Shown: positions 1 to 10,001 of the stretch, piece by piece | Position numbering within the stretch: the first letter of the stretch is position 1 | Layout: each line of letters opens with the position of its first letter | NCBI GenBank assembly: GCA_964634305.1 | Contig: CAZWLE010000004.1 | Coordinates: 35,059-99,058 of the forward strand | Direction: 5' to 3' | Source: an uncultured Candidatus Saccharibacteria bacterium | Lineage (GTDB): Bacteria; Patescibacteriota; Minisyncoccia; Phycocordibacterales; Phycocordibacteraceae | DNA: 64,000 bases | Notes under the pieces: generated by a model | What the model was told of the DNA's origin: nothing | Seen by the model: the letters and a program-made list of their open reading frames with translations, nothing else | Databases searched by the model: none | Program-made: the position numbers and the translations under genes

Positions 1-1517
1 TCTTCGCGGGTGCGTTTATGCTCATCTCGCGCGCGGTTATTCTCGCGTTTCTCATGGTGACTTCGCCAATTGGGTTTGCGGGCATGGCAGTACCGCCGTT
101 GAAGAAACTTGCTGATGATTGGTGGAGTAAGCTGTTGCACCAGGCATTCTTCGCACCAATTTTCCTCTTACTTCTCTTGGTATCACTAAAGATTACCGAG
201 GGACTTTCACAAATAAGCTCAGGGGAAGGAGGCATTGGTGGTGCCATTGCCGCAGGAAACTCGATAAACACCGGGCCGCTCATTATGTTCTGTCTTATTA
301 TCGGCTTCTTTCTTGGTGCTCTTACTCTTGCAAACCGTTTTGGTATTTACTTCTCAGATCTTGCAACGACCACTGCAGGACGCCTGTCTTTTGGTGCCAT
401 GGGTATGCTTGGCCGTAACTCAGTAGGACGCGTTGCGTTAGGACTGCGCCAGGGTCTTAATTCTAAGGATGGTGGTAAAACTCCGTTTGGTCGATTCCGT
501 GGCAGCATGTATGACGTGCTCGCCAAAGGTAACTATGATTTCCGTAGCAATAAGCTAGCGCACGATATTGGGCACCAAGTAAAAGTTGATTTTGGTCATG
601 GACAGCATGGCGGATATGAGCACATAGCGCATGAAAGGGATGAGAAGCTTGAGAAATACGGTAAGGGCCGTGAACACAATGCTGAACAAAAGAGCTTACT
701 TGGCGCTGCTGCTAAAGAAACTAACAATGCAAAGGAGGCTGCAGAAGAGGCAAAGAAGAAATATGAAGCACATGCCGAGGGCGAGGATACTGCATCTGCT
801 ACACTTGAAGAACAACTCAAGACAGCAACCGCTGCTGCAGCTACGGCCCAGAAGACTAATCAGGATCGATTTAACGCTCAAGAACAGGTGCTCGCAAAAG
901 CAGACGCTGACCTTAAGGCAGCACAGGAGCAGAGAGCCGCTTCATCTTCTAACCTTGCTGCATATGGTGTAGCTAAGGCTGCAGAAGAGAAAGCAGAGAA
1001 AGACCGCAATGAAGCGGCAGCGGCTCTGGAGGTTATTAAGGAACAAAATGAGGCACAGGCTGAACGCGACAAGATAAATCTTGAAGCACAGCAAGAAGCA
1101 CTTCGTGTAAGCCGTGAGAACTTCACAACACTTGGAAAGACGCTTTCAAAAGCAGTTAAAGATAAAACGGAGGCGTTTGAACTACAAAAGGCTGCAGAAG
1201 TAAAATTGAAGGCGGATTTGAGTCCTATTAAAGCGTTTACTGAACAGCTTGCACGAGAACAGGCAAATCCAATCATCCGTATGCTTCCTGGTAGTGAGGG
1301 CGTGACGCATGCTATCCATAATCTTGATAAGCACGCGAATTCAACAGAGAACGAGCGTTTGATGAAGAAACTTGCTGACTCAATCGACAGAGCCGGAAAA
1401 GCTACTGCCGATGCAACAAGAAGTCTTGAGCGCGAAATTGATGAGAACGCTCGTCGAGCTGCTGGTGACAGTACGGACGATCAGCACGCGACGGGTGGTG
1501 GTGACGGTCATCACTGA
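1..1517 (+). CDS. TrbL/VirB6-like polytopic membrane protein with long Ala/Glu/Lys-rich coiled-coil C-terminus (5' truncated by window edge)
   Basis: Frame is open from the window start (FAGAF-MLISR...). Several TM segments (R..IL.FL...SPI.F...; W..L...AFFAPIFLL), then a helical tail; lies upstream of PrgI/VirB4. Confidence 0.55.
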   Translation, partial: FAGAFMLISRAVILAFLMVTSPIGFAGMAVPPLKKLADDWWSKLLHQAFFAPIFLLLLLVSLKITEGLSQISSGEGGIGGAIAAGNSINTGPLIMFCLIIGFFLGALTLANRFGIYFSDLATTTAGRLSFGAMGMLGRNSVGRVALGLRQGLNSKDGGKTPFGRFRGSMYDVLAKGNYDFRSNKLAHDIGHQVKVDFGHGQHGGYEHIAHERDEKLEKYGKGREHNAEQKSLLGAAAKETNNAKEAAEEAKKKYEAHAEGEDTASATLEEQLKTATAAAATAQKTNQDRFNAQEQVLAKADADLKAAQEQRAASSSNLAAYGVAKAAEEKAEKDRNEAAAALEVIKEQNEAQAERDKINLEAQQEALRVSRENFTTLGKTLSKAVKDKTEAFELQKAAEVKLKADLSPIKAFTEQLAREQANPIIRMLPGSEGVTHAIHNLDKHANSTENERLMKKLADSIDRAGKATADATRSLEREIDENARRAAGDSTDDQHATGGGDGHH

Positions 1518-1529
1518 TAGACTATCGTT

Positions 1530-2303
1530 ATGCCTCCGGAACCTAGTACCACTCTCGATGATGCTTCGTTCGAGAACGACGTAAAGGTATTACTCGATAA
1601 TCTCCCTGCACCAGTACGAGCCTTCGTGGTGGGGAAGGGGCCAGATAAAACGGTACTAAGCCTCACACGCAAGTATCAGCTACATACTGACCAAGCGGGC
1701 GAACTGCACAAAGCACTCCTCATGATGCTTCTTGGTGTATATTCACCAAGCCGCTTCGCAACTACGCTTGAAGACAAGGATTTTTCCGAGGAAACCGTAG
1801 AAGGTATCATCGCGGACCTAAACGAACAGGTCTTTGCACCTCTTCGCAAGGAAGAAAGAGAAGAGACTGCCCCAAACAGCTCCGCCGCGAAGAAAGAACC
1901 CCTTGCGCCCGTTCCGGCTCCTCTTAACCCAATACCTCAAGCTCCTACACCGACAGCTCCTGTGGTGCCAGTTCCTACCCCAAAACCAGTGCCGCCTCCA
2001 AGTCCAGCTGTATCAGCACCACTAGCACCCCCACCAACTCCATCACCGTCATATGAGCCAACCATGCGCACCATGGCGCATGACATTGAAGGGATGAAGG
2101 ACGGCCACGCCCCAGCACCCGTACCACACCAAATACCAGGACTCGCTCATCCTGCAGTAGCGCCTGCTGTCCCTATGCCTCCAACACCCGTACCTATTAC
2201 CGTACCCCCTGTAGCTCCATCTTCAGCGCACCCGGACCCAACTGAAGTGCGTACCACCTTACAGAAATACGGCATAGACCCTTACCGAGAATCCGTCGAC
2301 TAG
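1530..2303 (+). CDS. Hypothetical protein with helical N-domain, Pro-rich linker and C-terminal DPYRE motif
   Basis: 257 aa ORF with long PAP/PTP/PVP tracts ending YGIDPYRESVD; operonic spacing. Confidence 0.75.
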   Translation: MPPEPSTTLDDASFENDVKVLLDNLPAPVRAFVVGKGPDKTVLSLTRKYQLHTDQAGELHKALLMMLLGVYSPSRFATTLEDKDFSEETVEGIIADLNEQVFAPLRKEEREETAPNSSAAKKEPLAPVPAPLNPIPQAPTPTAPVVPVPTPKPVPPPSPAVSAPLAPPPTPSPSYEPTMRTMAHDIEGMKDGHAPAPVPHQIPGLAHPAVAPAVPMPPTPVPITVPPVAPSSAHPDPTEVRTTLQKYGIDPYRESVD

Positions 2304-2320
2304 ATGGTATTCTTCCAGCA

Positions 2321-2761
2321 ATGAATGGTTCCGAGAGATTAGGGCGGATTCAAGAACGAGCGCATGAGCTCAAACATGATGCAAAGCATCACGCCCACGA
2401 AAAGCATGAGGCAGAAAAGGAAGCTGGTATTGAAGCGGTGCGGAGAGATTTTCCTCGCATTGTACAAGCGATAGAAAAGCGTATGGACCGACGATTCCTC
2501 GGGTCGCGTCAGCTTGGTGCGCACATAGCAAAACAGGGAGATGGTCAGTACACCTGGGTAATGCCAAATGACTTTAAATTGTCAGTTCGCCACCCGTACC
2601 ACACTCGGTTTACTTTTAACCCTCATGGTTTTACTGAAGCATACGTAAAAGAACTCCAAAAACAGCTCGGCGAGGAGTTCTTTGTGATGGCACAAGGCCA
2701 TGCACCCGATGGAAAATTGGTGGTTTCTTGGGCACCGAAACCTTCTTCACACGGACACTAG
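2321..2761 (+). CDS. Hypothetical protein, His-rich N-terminus
   Basis: 146 aa ORF; TGgTATTCT 7 nt before ATG. Confidence 0.65.
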   Translation: MNGSERLGRIQERAHELKHDAKHHAHEKHEAEKEAGIEAVRRDFPRIVQAIEKRMDRRFLGSRQLGAHIAKQGDGQYTWVMPNDFKLSVRHPYHTRFTFNPHGFTEAYVKELQKQLGEEFFVMAQGHAPDGKLVVSWAPKPSSHGH

Positions 2762-2787
2762 TACGTGGCTGCTATACTTAACCTGAT

Positions 2788-3204
2788 ATGGATTATCAGG
2801 TCCCCCAGTTCATCGAAGTAGAGGACAAGATATTTGGTCCACTCACGATAATGCAGTTTGTGTATCTCGCTGGTGGCGCGGGACTCATTGCAATACTCGT
2901 TCTCTCGCTTCCACTTTTTCTTGGCATTCTTCTCTCTATTCCTGTTGCTGGACTCGCTGGTGCGCTCGCGTTCTATAAATTGAACGGCAAGCCATTTATC
3001 CAAGTGCTTGAATCAGGATTCAATTTCTTCACGGGGAAGCGTCAGTATCTCTGGAGGAAGGTAAAAGAACCAATTGCGCCAAGTACCGTCATGCAGGCGC
3101 CTCCGCCAGTGGCTCCGCTACAAAAGGAGGGTCTCTCTCGCCGCAAGCTTGAGGACCTTGCGTGGTCACTCGACGTGAAAGATACCGGGAAGAACCCGGA
3201 ATAA
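2788..3204 (+). CDS. PrgI-family (VirB3-like) membrane protein
   Basis: N-terminal YQVPQFIEVEDKIFGPLT..QF motif followed by two TM helices; upstream of VirB4. Confidence 0.85.
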   Translation: MDYQVPQFIEVEDKIFGPLTIMQFVYLAGGAGLIAILVLSLPLFLGILLSIPVAGLAGALAFYKLNGKPFIQVLESGFNFFTGKRQYLWRKVKEPIAPSTVMQAPPPVAPLQKEGLSRRKLEDLAWSLDVKDTGKNPE

Positions 3205-3207
3205 ACC

Positions 3208-3843
3208 ATGCCTGAGACCAATCCGACACAATCGTTTGTGCCCGTGAAGGAGGTCCGTAACGGGGTCATCATCCTTAAAGAGGGGGGCTACCGCGGTATC
3301 CTCATGTGTTCTTCGATAAACTTCGCCCTCAAATCAAACGATGAACAGCAGGCGGTGATTGGTGGCTTCCAGAACTTCCTCAACACGCTCGATTTCTCGG
3401 TACAGATTGTGGTGCACTCGCGTCGCATGGACATTCGTCCGTACCTCGCGCTTCTTGAGGAACGCACTGAGAGTCAGGCAACGGAGCTTATGAAGATACA
3501 GGTGCGTGAGTACATCCAGTTCATCCGTAACTTCACCGACGGTGCCGACATCATGACGAAAACTTTCTATGTCGTCGTGCCGTATGACCCAGCTACCGGC
3601 CTAAAAGTAGCGAATGCGTTGCCACTTTTTGGTGGAAAGCCAGTGAAAGAAGCAGCGGTGGGTATGACTGATTCGTTTGACGAGCATCGTATCCAGCTGG
3701 AGCAACGCATGGCACTCGTCACGTCTACGCTTATGGGCACTGGGGTGAGGGCAGTAGCACTCGGAACGGAAGAAATCATTGAGCTTCTGTACCGTTCGTT
3801 CCATCTCGGTACGCTTGAGACGCCGATAAAACTCAATAACTAA
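3208..3843 (+). CDS. VirB4/TraC N-terminal-like accessory protein of the T4SS-like cluster
   Basis: SSINFALKS.DEQ.A....F..FLN.LDF..QI motif; sits between PrgI and VirB4. Confidence 0.7.
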   Translation: MPETNPTQSFVPVKEVRNGVIILKEGGYRGILMCSSINFALKSNDEQQAVIGGFQNFLNTLDFSVQIVVHSRRMDIRPYLALLEERTESQATELMKIQVREYIQFIRNFTDGADIMTKTFYVVVPYDPATGLKVANALPLFGGKPVKEAAVGMTDSFDEHRIQLEQRMALVTSTLMGTGVRAVALGTEEIIELLYRSFHLGTLETPIKLNN

Positions 3844-3844
3844 T

Positions 3845-5665
3845 ATGGCGTTCCTCGATTTCCTCAACAAAAAGAAAGAAGATGCGGCACCAACGGTTGC
3901 ACCAGTGCTTCCACAAGACATTTACGCTGAAGGCGCACTTTCGCTAGTCGACACCATAGCGCCAGACGCACTCAAAGTTGATTCAAAAGATATCGCGCTT
4001 GGTGAGAAGTACGCACGCTCGTTCTATACGATTTCTTACCCACGCTATCTCTCTGATTCGTGGTTCACGCCGGTTGTAAACCTCACCCGCGTCCTTGATG
4101 CGTCTATTTTCATCCATCCGGTTGAGACGGAAGCGGCGCTTCGTTCGTTCCAGCGCAAAGTGGCGGAAGTAGAGAGCCAGATTACTGAAAGGGCAGAGAA
4201 GGGCCTCGTACGTGACCCGATGCTCGATACGGCGTACCGCGACCTCGAGGATTTGCGCGACAGCCTGCAGCAGGCACAGGAACGTCTCTTTGAAGTAGGG
4301 CTCTACCTTACGGTGTACGGCGACACCAAGGAAGAACTCGACAAGATTGAATCGGATGTACGCGGTATTCTCGACTCCCGCCTCATTTACACAAAGCCTG
4401 CGCTCTTCCAGCAAGAGCAGGGATTCCGCTCCACCTTGCCACTCGCCCTCGACGAGCTCTCGGTCAATCAAAAACTCAATTCTTCACCGCTCTCCTCTAT
4501 ATTCCCGTTTGTTTCCTTCGACCTCACCTCTAATAACGGCATCCTCTATGGCATCAACCGTCACAACGCGTCGTTGATTCTCTTTGATCGTTTCTCGCTC
4601 GAAAACTACAACTCGGTGGTCTTTGCAAAGTCCGGTTCAGGTAAGTCATACGCAGTGAAGCTCGAAATCCTGCGCTCGTTGATGTTCGATACTAATGTCA
4701 TCGTCATCGACCCAGAACGTGAGTACGAGGCTCTCGCAGAGGCAACCGGTGGCCGTCTCTTCAACATCTCGCTCTCTTCAGAGCATCACATCAACCCATT
4801 CGACCTTCCACCGGTTAAAGAGGATGAGAATCCGTCAGATATTCTGCGCTCAAACATCATTAACCTCGTGGGTCTCTTCCGCATCATGCTCGGTGGTCTT
4901 ACCCCCGAGGAGGACGCCATTGTCGACCGCGCCATCACCGAAACCTACGCACTCAAAGACATCACGGGAGACGCGGACTTCACCGGAGTCGAGGCGCCAT
5001 TGCTTTCCGATTTTGAGAACGTGCTCTCAGGTATGGAGGGGTCACAATCCTTGGTTCAGCGTCTAAGTAAATACACGAAGGGCACTTGGTCGGGCTTCCT
5101 CAACCAGCCAACGAACGTAGACATCAATAAACAGTTCATCGTCTTCTCGGTGCGCGATATGGAGGATGAGTTGAAGCCGGTTGCGATGTACATCGTTACG
5201 CACTTCATCTGGAACGCGGTGCGCCACGACCTCAGAAAGCGCCTTCTCATCATTGACGAGGCATGGTGGATGATGAAGAGCGAGGACACCGCCTCCTTCC
5301 TCTACAGCCTCGCAAAGCGTGGTCGTAAGTACTATCTCGGCGTCTCAACGATTACCCAAGACGTCGAAGACTTCCTCCGTTCACCGTACGGCAAGCCAAT
5401 TCTCACCAACTCCTCAATACAGCTGCTGCTGAAACAATCACCAACGACTGTCGACACGCTAAAAGAAATCTTTAACCTCACTGACGAGGAGAAGTTCCTC
5501 TTGCTTGAATCAGGAGTAGGGGAGGGCCTCTTCTTTGCAGGTCTCAAGCACGTTGCGATTAAGATTGTCGCGTCCTATACCGAAGACCAAATCATTACCT
5601 CAGACCCTTCCCAGCTACTTGCGATTAAGGACGCTAAGGCACGACTCTCGGGCGGAACACCCTAA
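3845..5665 (+). CDS. virB4: VirB4-like (TraE/TraC family) secretion ATPase
   Basis: Walker A AKSGSGKS, VIDPEREY, Walker B LLIIDEAW, KRGRKY..G....TQ. Confidence 0.9.
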   Translation: MAFLDFLNKKKEDAAPTVAPVLPQDIYAEGALSLVDTIAPDALKVDSKDIALGEKYARSFYTISYPRYLSDSWFTPVVNLTRVLDASIFIHPVETEAALRSFQRKVAEVESQITERAEKGLVRDPMLDTAYRDLEDLRDSLQQAQERLFEVGLYLTVYGDTKEELDKIESDVRGILDSRLIYTKPALFQQEQGFRSTLPLALDELSVNQKLNSSPLSSIFPFVSFDLTSNNGILYGINRHNASLILFDRFSLENYNSVVFAKSGSGKSYAVKLEILRSLMFDTNVIVIDPEREYEALAEATGGRLFNISLSSEHHINPFDLPPVKEDENPSDILRSNIINLVGLFRIMLGGLTPEEDAIVDRAITETYALKDITGDADFTGVEAPLLSDFENVLSGMEGSQSLVQRLSKYTKGTWSGFLNQPTNVDINKQFIVFSVRDMEDELKPVAMYIVTHFIWNAVRHDLRKRLLIIDEAWWMMKSEDTASFLYSLAKRGRKYYLGVSTITQDVEDFLRSPYGKPILTNSSIQLLLKQSPTTVDTLKEIFNLTDEEKFLLLESGVGEGLFFAGLKHVAIKIVASYTEDQIITSDPSQLLAIKDAKARLSGGTP

Positions 5666-5668
5666 ACC

Positions 5669-6157
5669 ATGGCAGAAAAAGGGAAGACAGGGCAGCGCAT
5701 CGACGGACTGATGGCGACGCTGCTTATTCTGGCAGCGCTTGGCGCTGATTTCTTGCAGACCCTAGCGCTTCTTGGAGGTCCCTTCCTAGGGAGCCTTATC
5801 TCGCTTATCGCGTTTACCTTCTTTAGCTGTTGGTTTTTCATGCTCGGAGTGAGCTATCTCGATCGAAACGGAGCGGTCAAGTTTGTCATATGGATGTGCT
5901 CATTCATCGTTGAGTTCATTCCTATCCTTAACACCATCCCAGCCATAACGATGGGCGTGGTATCCCTGGTCTTGATGACCCGATTTGCCGACGGAAAGGA
6001 CAGCGCGCTCTTTAAACTCGCTCGAAGACGTCGCGCAAAGATGGATAAGGAACAGTTACATCTAGCTGAACGTCGTGCACTCGATTACCAGGCGCGTGAC
6101 GCCATGGGCGCTCAGTACCGAAGAGTAGAATCTAAACAGAACAACGACGAAGAGTAG
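5669..6157 (+). CDS. Membrane protein (3-4 TM) of the T4SS-like cluster
   Basis: Hydrophobic segments, EFIPILNTIP motif and basic C-tail. Confidence 0.7.
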   Translation: MAEKGKTGQRIDGLMATLLILAALGADFLQTLALLGGPFLGSLISLIAFTFFSCWFFMLGVSYLDRNGAVKFVIWMCSFIVEFIPILNTIPAITMGVVSLVLMTRFADGKDSALFKLARRRRAKMDKEQLHLAERRALDYQARDAMGAQYRRVESKQNNDEE

Positions 6158-6182
6158 CGCAGAGGGACGGTATACTACACGC

Positions 6183-7145
6183 ATGATTCGCATGCTTCTC
6201 GCACTCCTTTTGGTGCTTGCGCCTGCCACCCTCCACGCACAGGTACTCCCGGGCGTAAGTCCTGTGGTCATTACCCTTTCACCACAGTACCCACGTCCGT
6301 ACGAGACGGTCACGGTAAAGCTCACAAGCACCGTTTTCAGCCTTCCTGCGAGCACGGTCACTATCTACGCCAACGGTGCGGTTATCGGAGAGAACACCTC
6401 TACTGCAACCTTCCAGGCAGGAGCAGCGGGAAGTCGAACCACTATACGCGCAGTTGTATCTAACAGTGACGGCACAAACGAAGCCTCAGTCTCGGTAGTA
6501 CCTACTGATATTGCACTCATCGTTGAGCCAACCGCTACCGCGCACGCCTTCTATGACGGAGGGGTCCTCCCCGCACCCGAAGGGCAGGTACGAGTCGTCG
6601 CGCTCGCAGACTTCCGCTCAGGAGGCACAAGTATTGCTCCTTCAAATCTCATCTACACGTGGAAGCTCGGTGATAAGGAGCTCGCTGCAGAATCCGGGGC
6701 AGGGAAGAATGTACTGACGGCGACTGGCCCTACTCGCTATCGCGACGCCACGGTAAGTGTGCGGGTCGCGACGCGTGACGGCTCTATCGTTGGCTCGGCG
6801 AGTGTCGTTGTGGCTCCAGTGAATCCGCTGGTGCGTATCTACCGCAATGACCCTCTTCTTGGTATCGATTTTGCTAACGCGCTCTCTGGTACCTTCACGC
6901 TTCCCGGTACCGAGGAAGCATTCCGTGCCGTTGGTTACCATTTTGGCACCAACCCAACATTGTCCTGGACCTTAAACGGTACCGACACCGGCACTGACCC
7001 CGACCTCACCCTCCGTACTACGGGTACAGAAGAGGGAACAGCCCTCCTTGGCGTATCTGCTGATGGAAACGGGATATTCTCACATGCTGAGTCCTCGCTT
7101 ACCGTACAATTTGGAAGAGCATCAAACGCCTTATTTGGCTTCTAA
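6183..7145 (+). CDS. Secreted protein with tandem Ig-like beta-sandwich domains
   Basis: Signal peptide ending ALHA|Q, beta-rich, repeated YTW/SW..NG motifs; TATACT 6 nt before ATG. Confidence 0.75.
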   Translation: MIRMLLALLLVLAPATLHAQVLPGVSPVVITLSPQYPRPYETVTVKLTSTVFSLPASTVTIYANGAVIGENTSTATFQAGAAGSRTTIRAVVSNSDGTNEASVSVVPTDIALIVEPTATAHAFYDGGVLPAPEGQVRVVALADFRSGGTSIAPSNLIYTWKLGDKELAAESGAGKNVLTATGPTRYRDATVSVRVATRDGSIVGSASVVVAPVNPLVRIYRNDPLLGIDFANALSGTFTLPGTEEAFRAVGYHFGTNPTLSWTLNGTDTGTDPDLTLRTTGTEEGTALLGVSADGNGIFSHAESSLTVQFGRASNALFGF

Positions 7146-7147
7146 CT

Positions 7148-8056
7148 ATGAAATATTTCATCCTCCCGTCGCTTGCGCTCGCTGCACTCCTCTTCGCCCC
7201 ACAAGCGTTTGCGGCTGATGGCTTCGTGCCACTAACCAGTATCCCTGGTGTCGACAGTGTGACCGGCGCTGATTCTCTTGCTGCTTTTTTAAATAGTCTC
7301 TATAAGCTCGCTATAGGCGCTGCAGCCGTTCTTGCCGTCTTCCAGATTATCCGCGGCGGCATCATGTACATGCTTGAAGGTAGTGTGCTCGAAAAGCGCG
7401 AAGCGAAGCACCACATATTCATGGCAGTGGTTGGTCTCGTACTCGTACTTTCTCCAGCCCTCGTGTTTGGCATCATCAATCCAAAGATTCTTGATCTAAA
7501 TATTGGCACTGACCAACTCACGCCAGGGAATAGCCAAGGCGCCCCGGGGCAAGACGAAGGGCAGAGTGGGGAAGACGAAGGAACCGACAACGGAGGTGCT
7601 GCAGAGGACACAACCGTACCTCAAACGCTTGAATCCTGTGCAGAGAACCAGGGACGCTGGATTGTCAGTGCGGAGTCACCTAACGGCCGATGCATCATCG
7701 TAACCGATACCTCTGATGAGGCACTTACCGATGAAGAACAGATAGACACCACTAATGGTGTGACGGGCACGCCCTATACCGGGTCCTACACCGTGCGCGC
7801 CACCAGTAAGTTCGTAACGTATAGAACAAGAAACGTGCCAGAGTGGGGCTGTAACCTCCTCAGTTCAGTTTATTTTGACAGTGATGCCACTACTGCTGCG
7901 GTGTGCCAGGCACGTGGTGCAGAAACCGGATGGACCGCGATTAATGGAGCCGTATGTATACCGGAAGGGCAGTCACGAACTATATCTCTTACCAACGCCT
8001 GCACCGCACCAGGCACGAATGAGGTGTCGCCGCAGCAAGCAAATCGCGGTGATTAA
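7148..8056 (+). CDS. TrbC/VirB2-like pilin domain fused to an acidic linker and Cys-containing extracellular domain
   Basis: Signal peptide (AFA|A), pilin core LAV..II.GG..YM.....EK..AK..I..AVVGL.L......F..INP, then a G/D/E/T linker and 6 Cys. Confidence 0.7.
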   Translation: MKYFILPSLALAALLFAPQAFAADGFVPLTSIPGVDSVTGADSLAAFLNSLYKLAIGAAAVLAVFQIIRGGIMYMLEGSVLEKREAKHHIFMAVVGLVLVLSPALVFGIINPKILDLNIGTDQLTPGNSQGAPGQDEGQSGEDEGTDNGGAAEDTTVPQTLESCAENQGRWIVSAESPNGRCIIVTDTSDEALTDEEQIDTTNGVTGTPYTGSYTVRATSKFVTYRTRNVPEWGCNLLSSVYFDSDATTAAVCQARGAETGWTAINGAVCIPEGQSRTISLTNACTAPGTNEVSPQQANRGD

Positions 8057-8059
8057 TAT

Positions 8060-9253
8060 ATGAGACGCATACTTGTCATCGTAGGAGCGGTCATAGCGAT
8101 ACTCATCGTCGCAACACTCGTCTATCTACTCTTCTTTCGTGGACCGAGCGGTGGCGTGTCTGCAACGCCTGGTAACCAATTCCCTGATGGAGAGGGTATA
8201 GGTATTACCGCGCCTGACGTAGGTGTCCCTCAAGACGCAGGTGACGAAGTCGCCACGAATCTTATTCGTATTACGGAAGGACCTGTTGCTTTTGGCGTTG
8301 TAGCAAGCAGTACCGTCCGTTTCCAAACGCAGGGTGAAGGCACCACAACCGAGACCGTACGTATTCCAGAGACCGAAATACGGTATATCGAACGGGCAAG
8401 TGGGAATATCTATGCCTTCCGCTTGAACGAGCGTACCCTTACGCGCCTCACCAACCGTACACTACCTGGTATACAAGAAGCGGCATGGTTTCCCGATGCG
8501 TCAGTCGCGTTCGTACGCTTTATGGACGAAGCCGATGCAACGGAAACGTATGCACTCCCTGCTGACGGGGGAGAGGGGTACGCCCTTGAACGAAACATTT
8601 CCGACCTTGCGGTGACGGACAGTTCCGTCGTTACGCTCGTCTCATCCACCAATGGCTCAGTCGCCACCGCCGCAAACGCAAGTGGTGCCAATGCACGTAC
8701 GCTCTTCTCCTCACTTCTTTCATCGCTTCGCCTGCACGCAGGAAGCGCAACGGTCTTTGCGTCAACCAAAGCAGCGTCAGCTGCTGACGGCTATCTCTTT
8801 AAGACAGGAGCTTCGTTTGAACGCATCCTCGGTCCATTGAAAGGACTCACTGCGCTTCCAAGTCCGTCTGGCACGAAGGTTATCTATAGCTATGTATCAG
8901 GAAATACGACCCGCTCTGCGCTCTACGATGTCGCAACCCACACCGCGACCACACTCCCAGTAGCTGCACTCCCTGACAAGTGTGTGTGGACTGACGACGA
9001 ACAGAGTATTTACTGCGGTATTCCGCGCACCGTAGCTGCTGGCTGGCCAGACACCTGGTACCAGGGGGCGGCGCATTTCACCGACCGTATCTGGCGCATT
9101 GATGTCGATGCACGCATTGCGTCCCTTGTGGTTGACCCAAAGCTCGTTGCTGACGCAGAAATAGACGCGGTAGCGCTTGCAATAGATTCGCGCGCTGATG
9201 CGCTCGTGTTTACGAACAAAACTGACGGGTCCCTTTGGTTGTTTGACCTCTAG
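8060..9253 (+). CDS. Membrane-anchored beta-propeller-like surface protein
   Basis: N-terminal TM, WD/TolB-like blades, KCVW...IYC pair, ends DGSLWLFDL. Confidence 0.7.
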   Translation: MRRILVIVGAVIAILIVATLVYLLFFRGPSGGVSATPGNQFPDGEGIGITAPDVGVPQDAGDEVATNLIRITEGPVAFGVVASSTVRFQTQGEGTTTETVRIPETEIRYIERASGNIYAFRLNERTLTRLTNRTLPGIQEAAWFPDASVAFVRFMDEADATETYALPADGGEGYALERNISDLAVTDSSVVTLVSSTNGSVATAANASGANARTLFSSLLSSLRLHAGSATVFASTKAASAADGYLFKTGASFERILGPLKGLTALPSPSGTKVIYSYVSGNTTRSALYDVATHTATTLPVAALPDKCVWTDDEQSIYCGIPRTVAAGWPDTWYQGAAHFTDRIWRIDVDARIASLVVDPKLVADAEIDAVALAIDSRADALVFTNKTDGSLWLFDL

Positions 9254-9996
9254 GTTTGAGGCGCTGGAGTTCCAGACACAACCGGATACACCTTACGGAC
9301 AACAAACTCCTGTACGACCATAAACACGCTTGAGGCGATGAAGTAGAGCGCGAGCACTGCTGAGGTGTACGCGATAGCACCCACAAGAAGCGGGAAGATG
9401 TAACGCGCCTGCAGAGCAATCATGCGGGCAAACTCATCCTGCATAGATGGTGTTGCTTCCGTGCTTTTTGGTGGTACTGGGATGACATACCAGCTCTGCC
9501 AGAGCTGTGCGAGCGCCGCGACAAGCGCGAGAATGATACTAGGAGCGGCGAGCGAGAAGATACCAAGGAAGAGAGGGGAGAGCACCGCAGGCGCCTGTAC
9601 GAATGGGTAGAGGAGCGATGGGTCAGCTGAGGCAAGGGCCGTAGCGTGAAGTGCGACGTAATAGAGACCGAAGAGAATCGGAATCTGAATGAAGAGCATC
9701 AAAATAGAGGCAAAGGGCTTCACGCCATGCGCCTTATAGAGTGCGAGCATCTCGCGTGCCTGTTTCTCCTTATCATCCTTATACCGCTCCTTGAGCGCCT
9801 TTAGCTCAGGCTCAAGCACCTTCATCGCGCGCTGGGTCTTCACCGCCGAGAGGGAGAGGGGAAGGAGCACCAGCTTTACGACGACGGTCGCGGCAATAAC
9901 CGCGATACCAAGGTCACCTCCAGGAATGATATCCACGAGGAATACCAAGAGGTTGTAGATAGGGAGATAAATGAAGTGGTGAAAGAAAGAAGCCAT
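9250..9996 (-). CDS. yidC: Membrane protein insertase YidC/Oxa1 (short form)
   Basis: G.AVI..TV.VK..LLPL, QPE-like LEPELK.LK..YK.D, QIPI..GLY; follows rnpA. Confidence 0.93.
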   Translation of the reverse strand: MASFFHHFIYLPIYNLLVFLVDIIPGGDLGIAVIAATVVVKLVLLPLSLSAVKTQRAMKVLEPELKALKERYKDDKEKQAREMLALYKAHGVKPFASILMLFIQIPILFGLYYVALHATALASADPSLLYPFVQAPAVLSPLFLGIFSLAAPSIILALVAALAQLWQSWYVIPVPPKSTEATPSMQDEFARMIALQARYIFPLLVGAIAYTSAVLALYFIASSVFMVVQEFVVRKVYPVVSGTPAPQT

Positions 9997-10001
9997 AAGT
10001 C

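Noticed and set aside
1860-2250. CCA/CCT-rich quasi-repeats as a possible array
   Set aside because: They encode a Pro-rich linker with no fixed repeat-spacer period. No CRISPR array was seen anywhere in the window.
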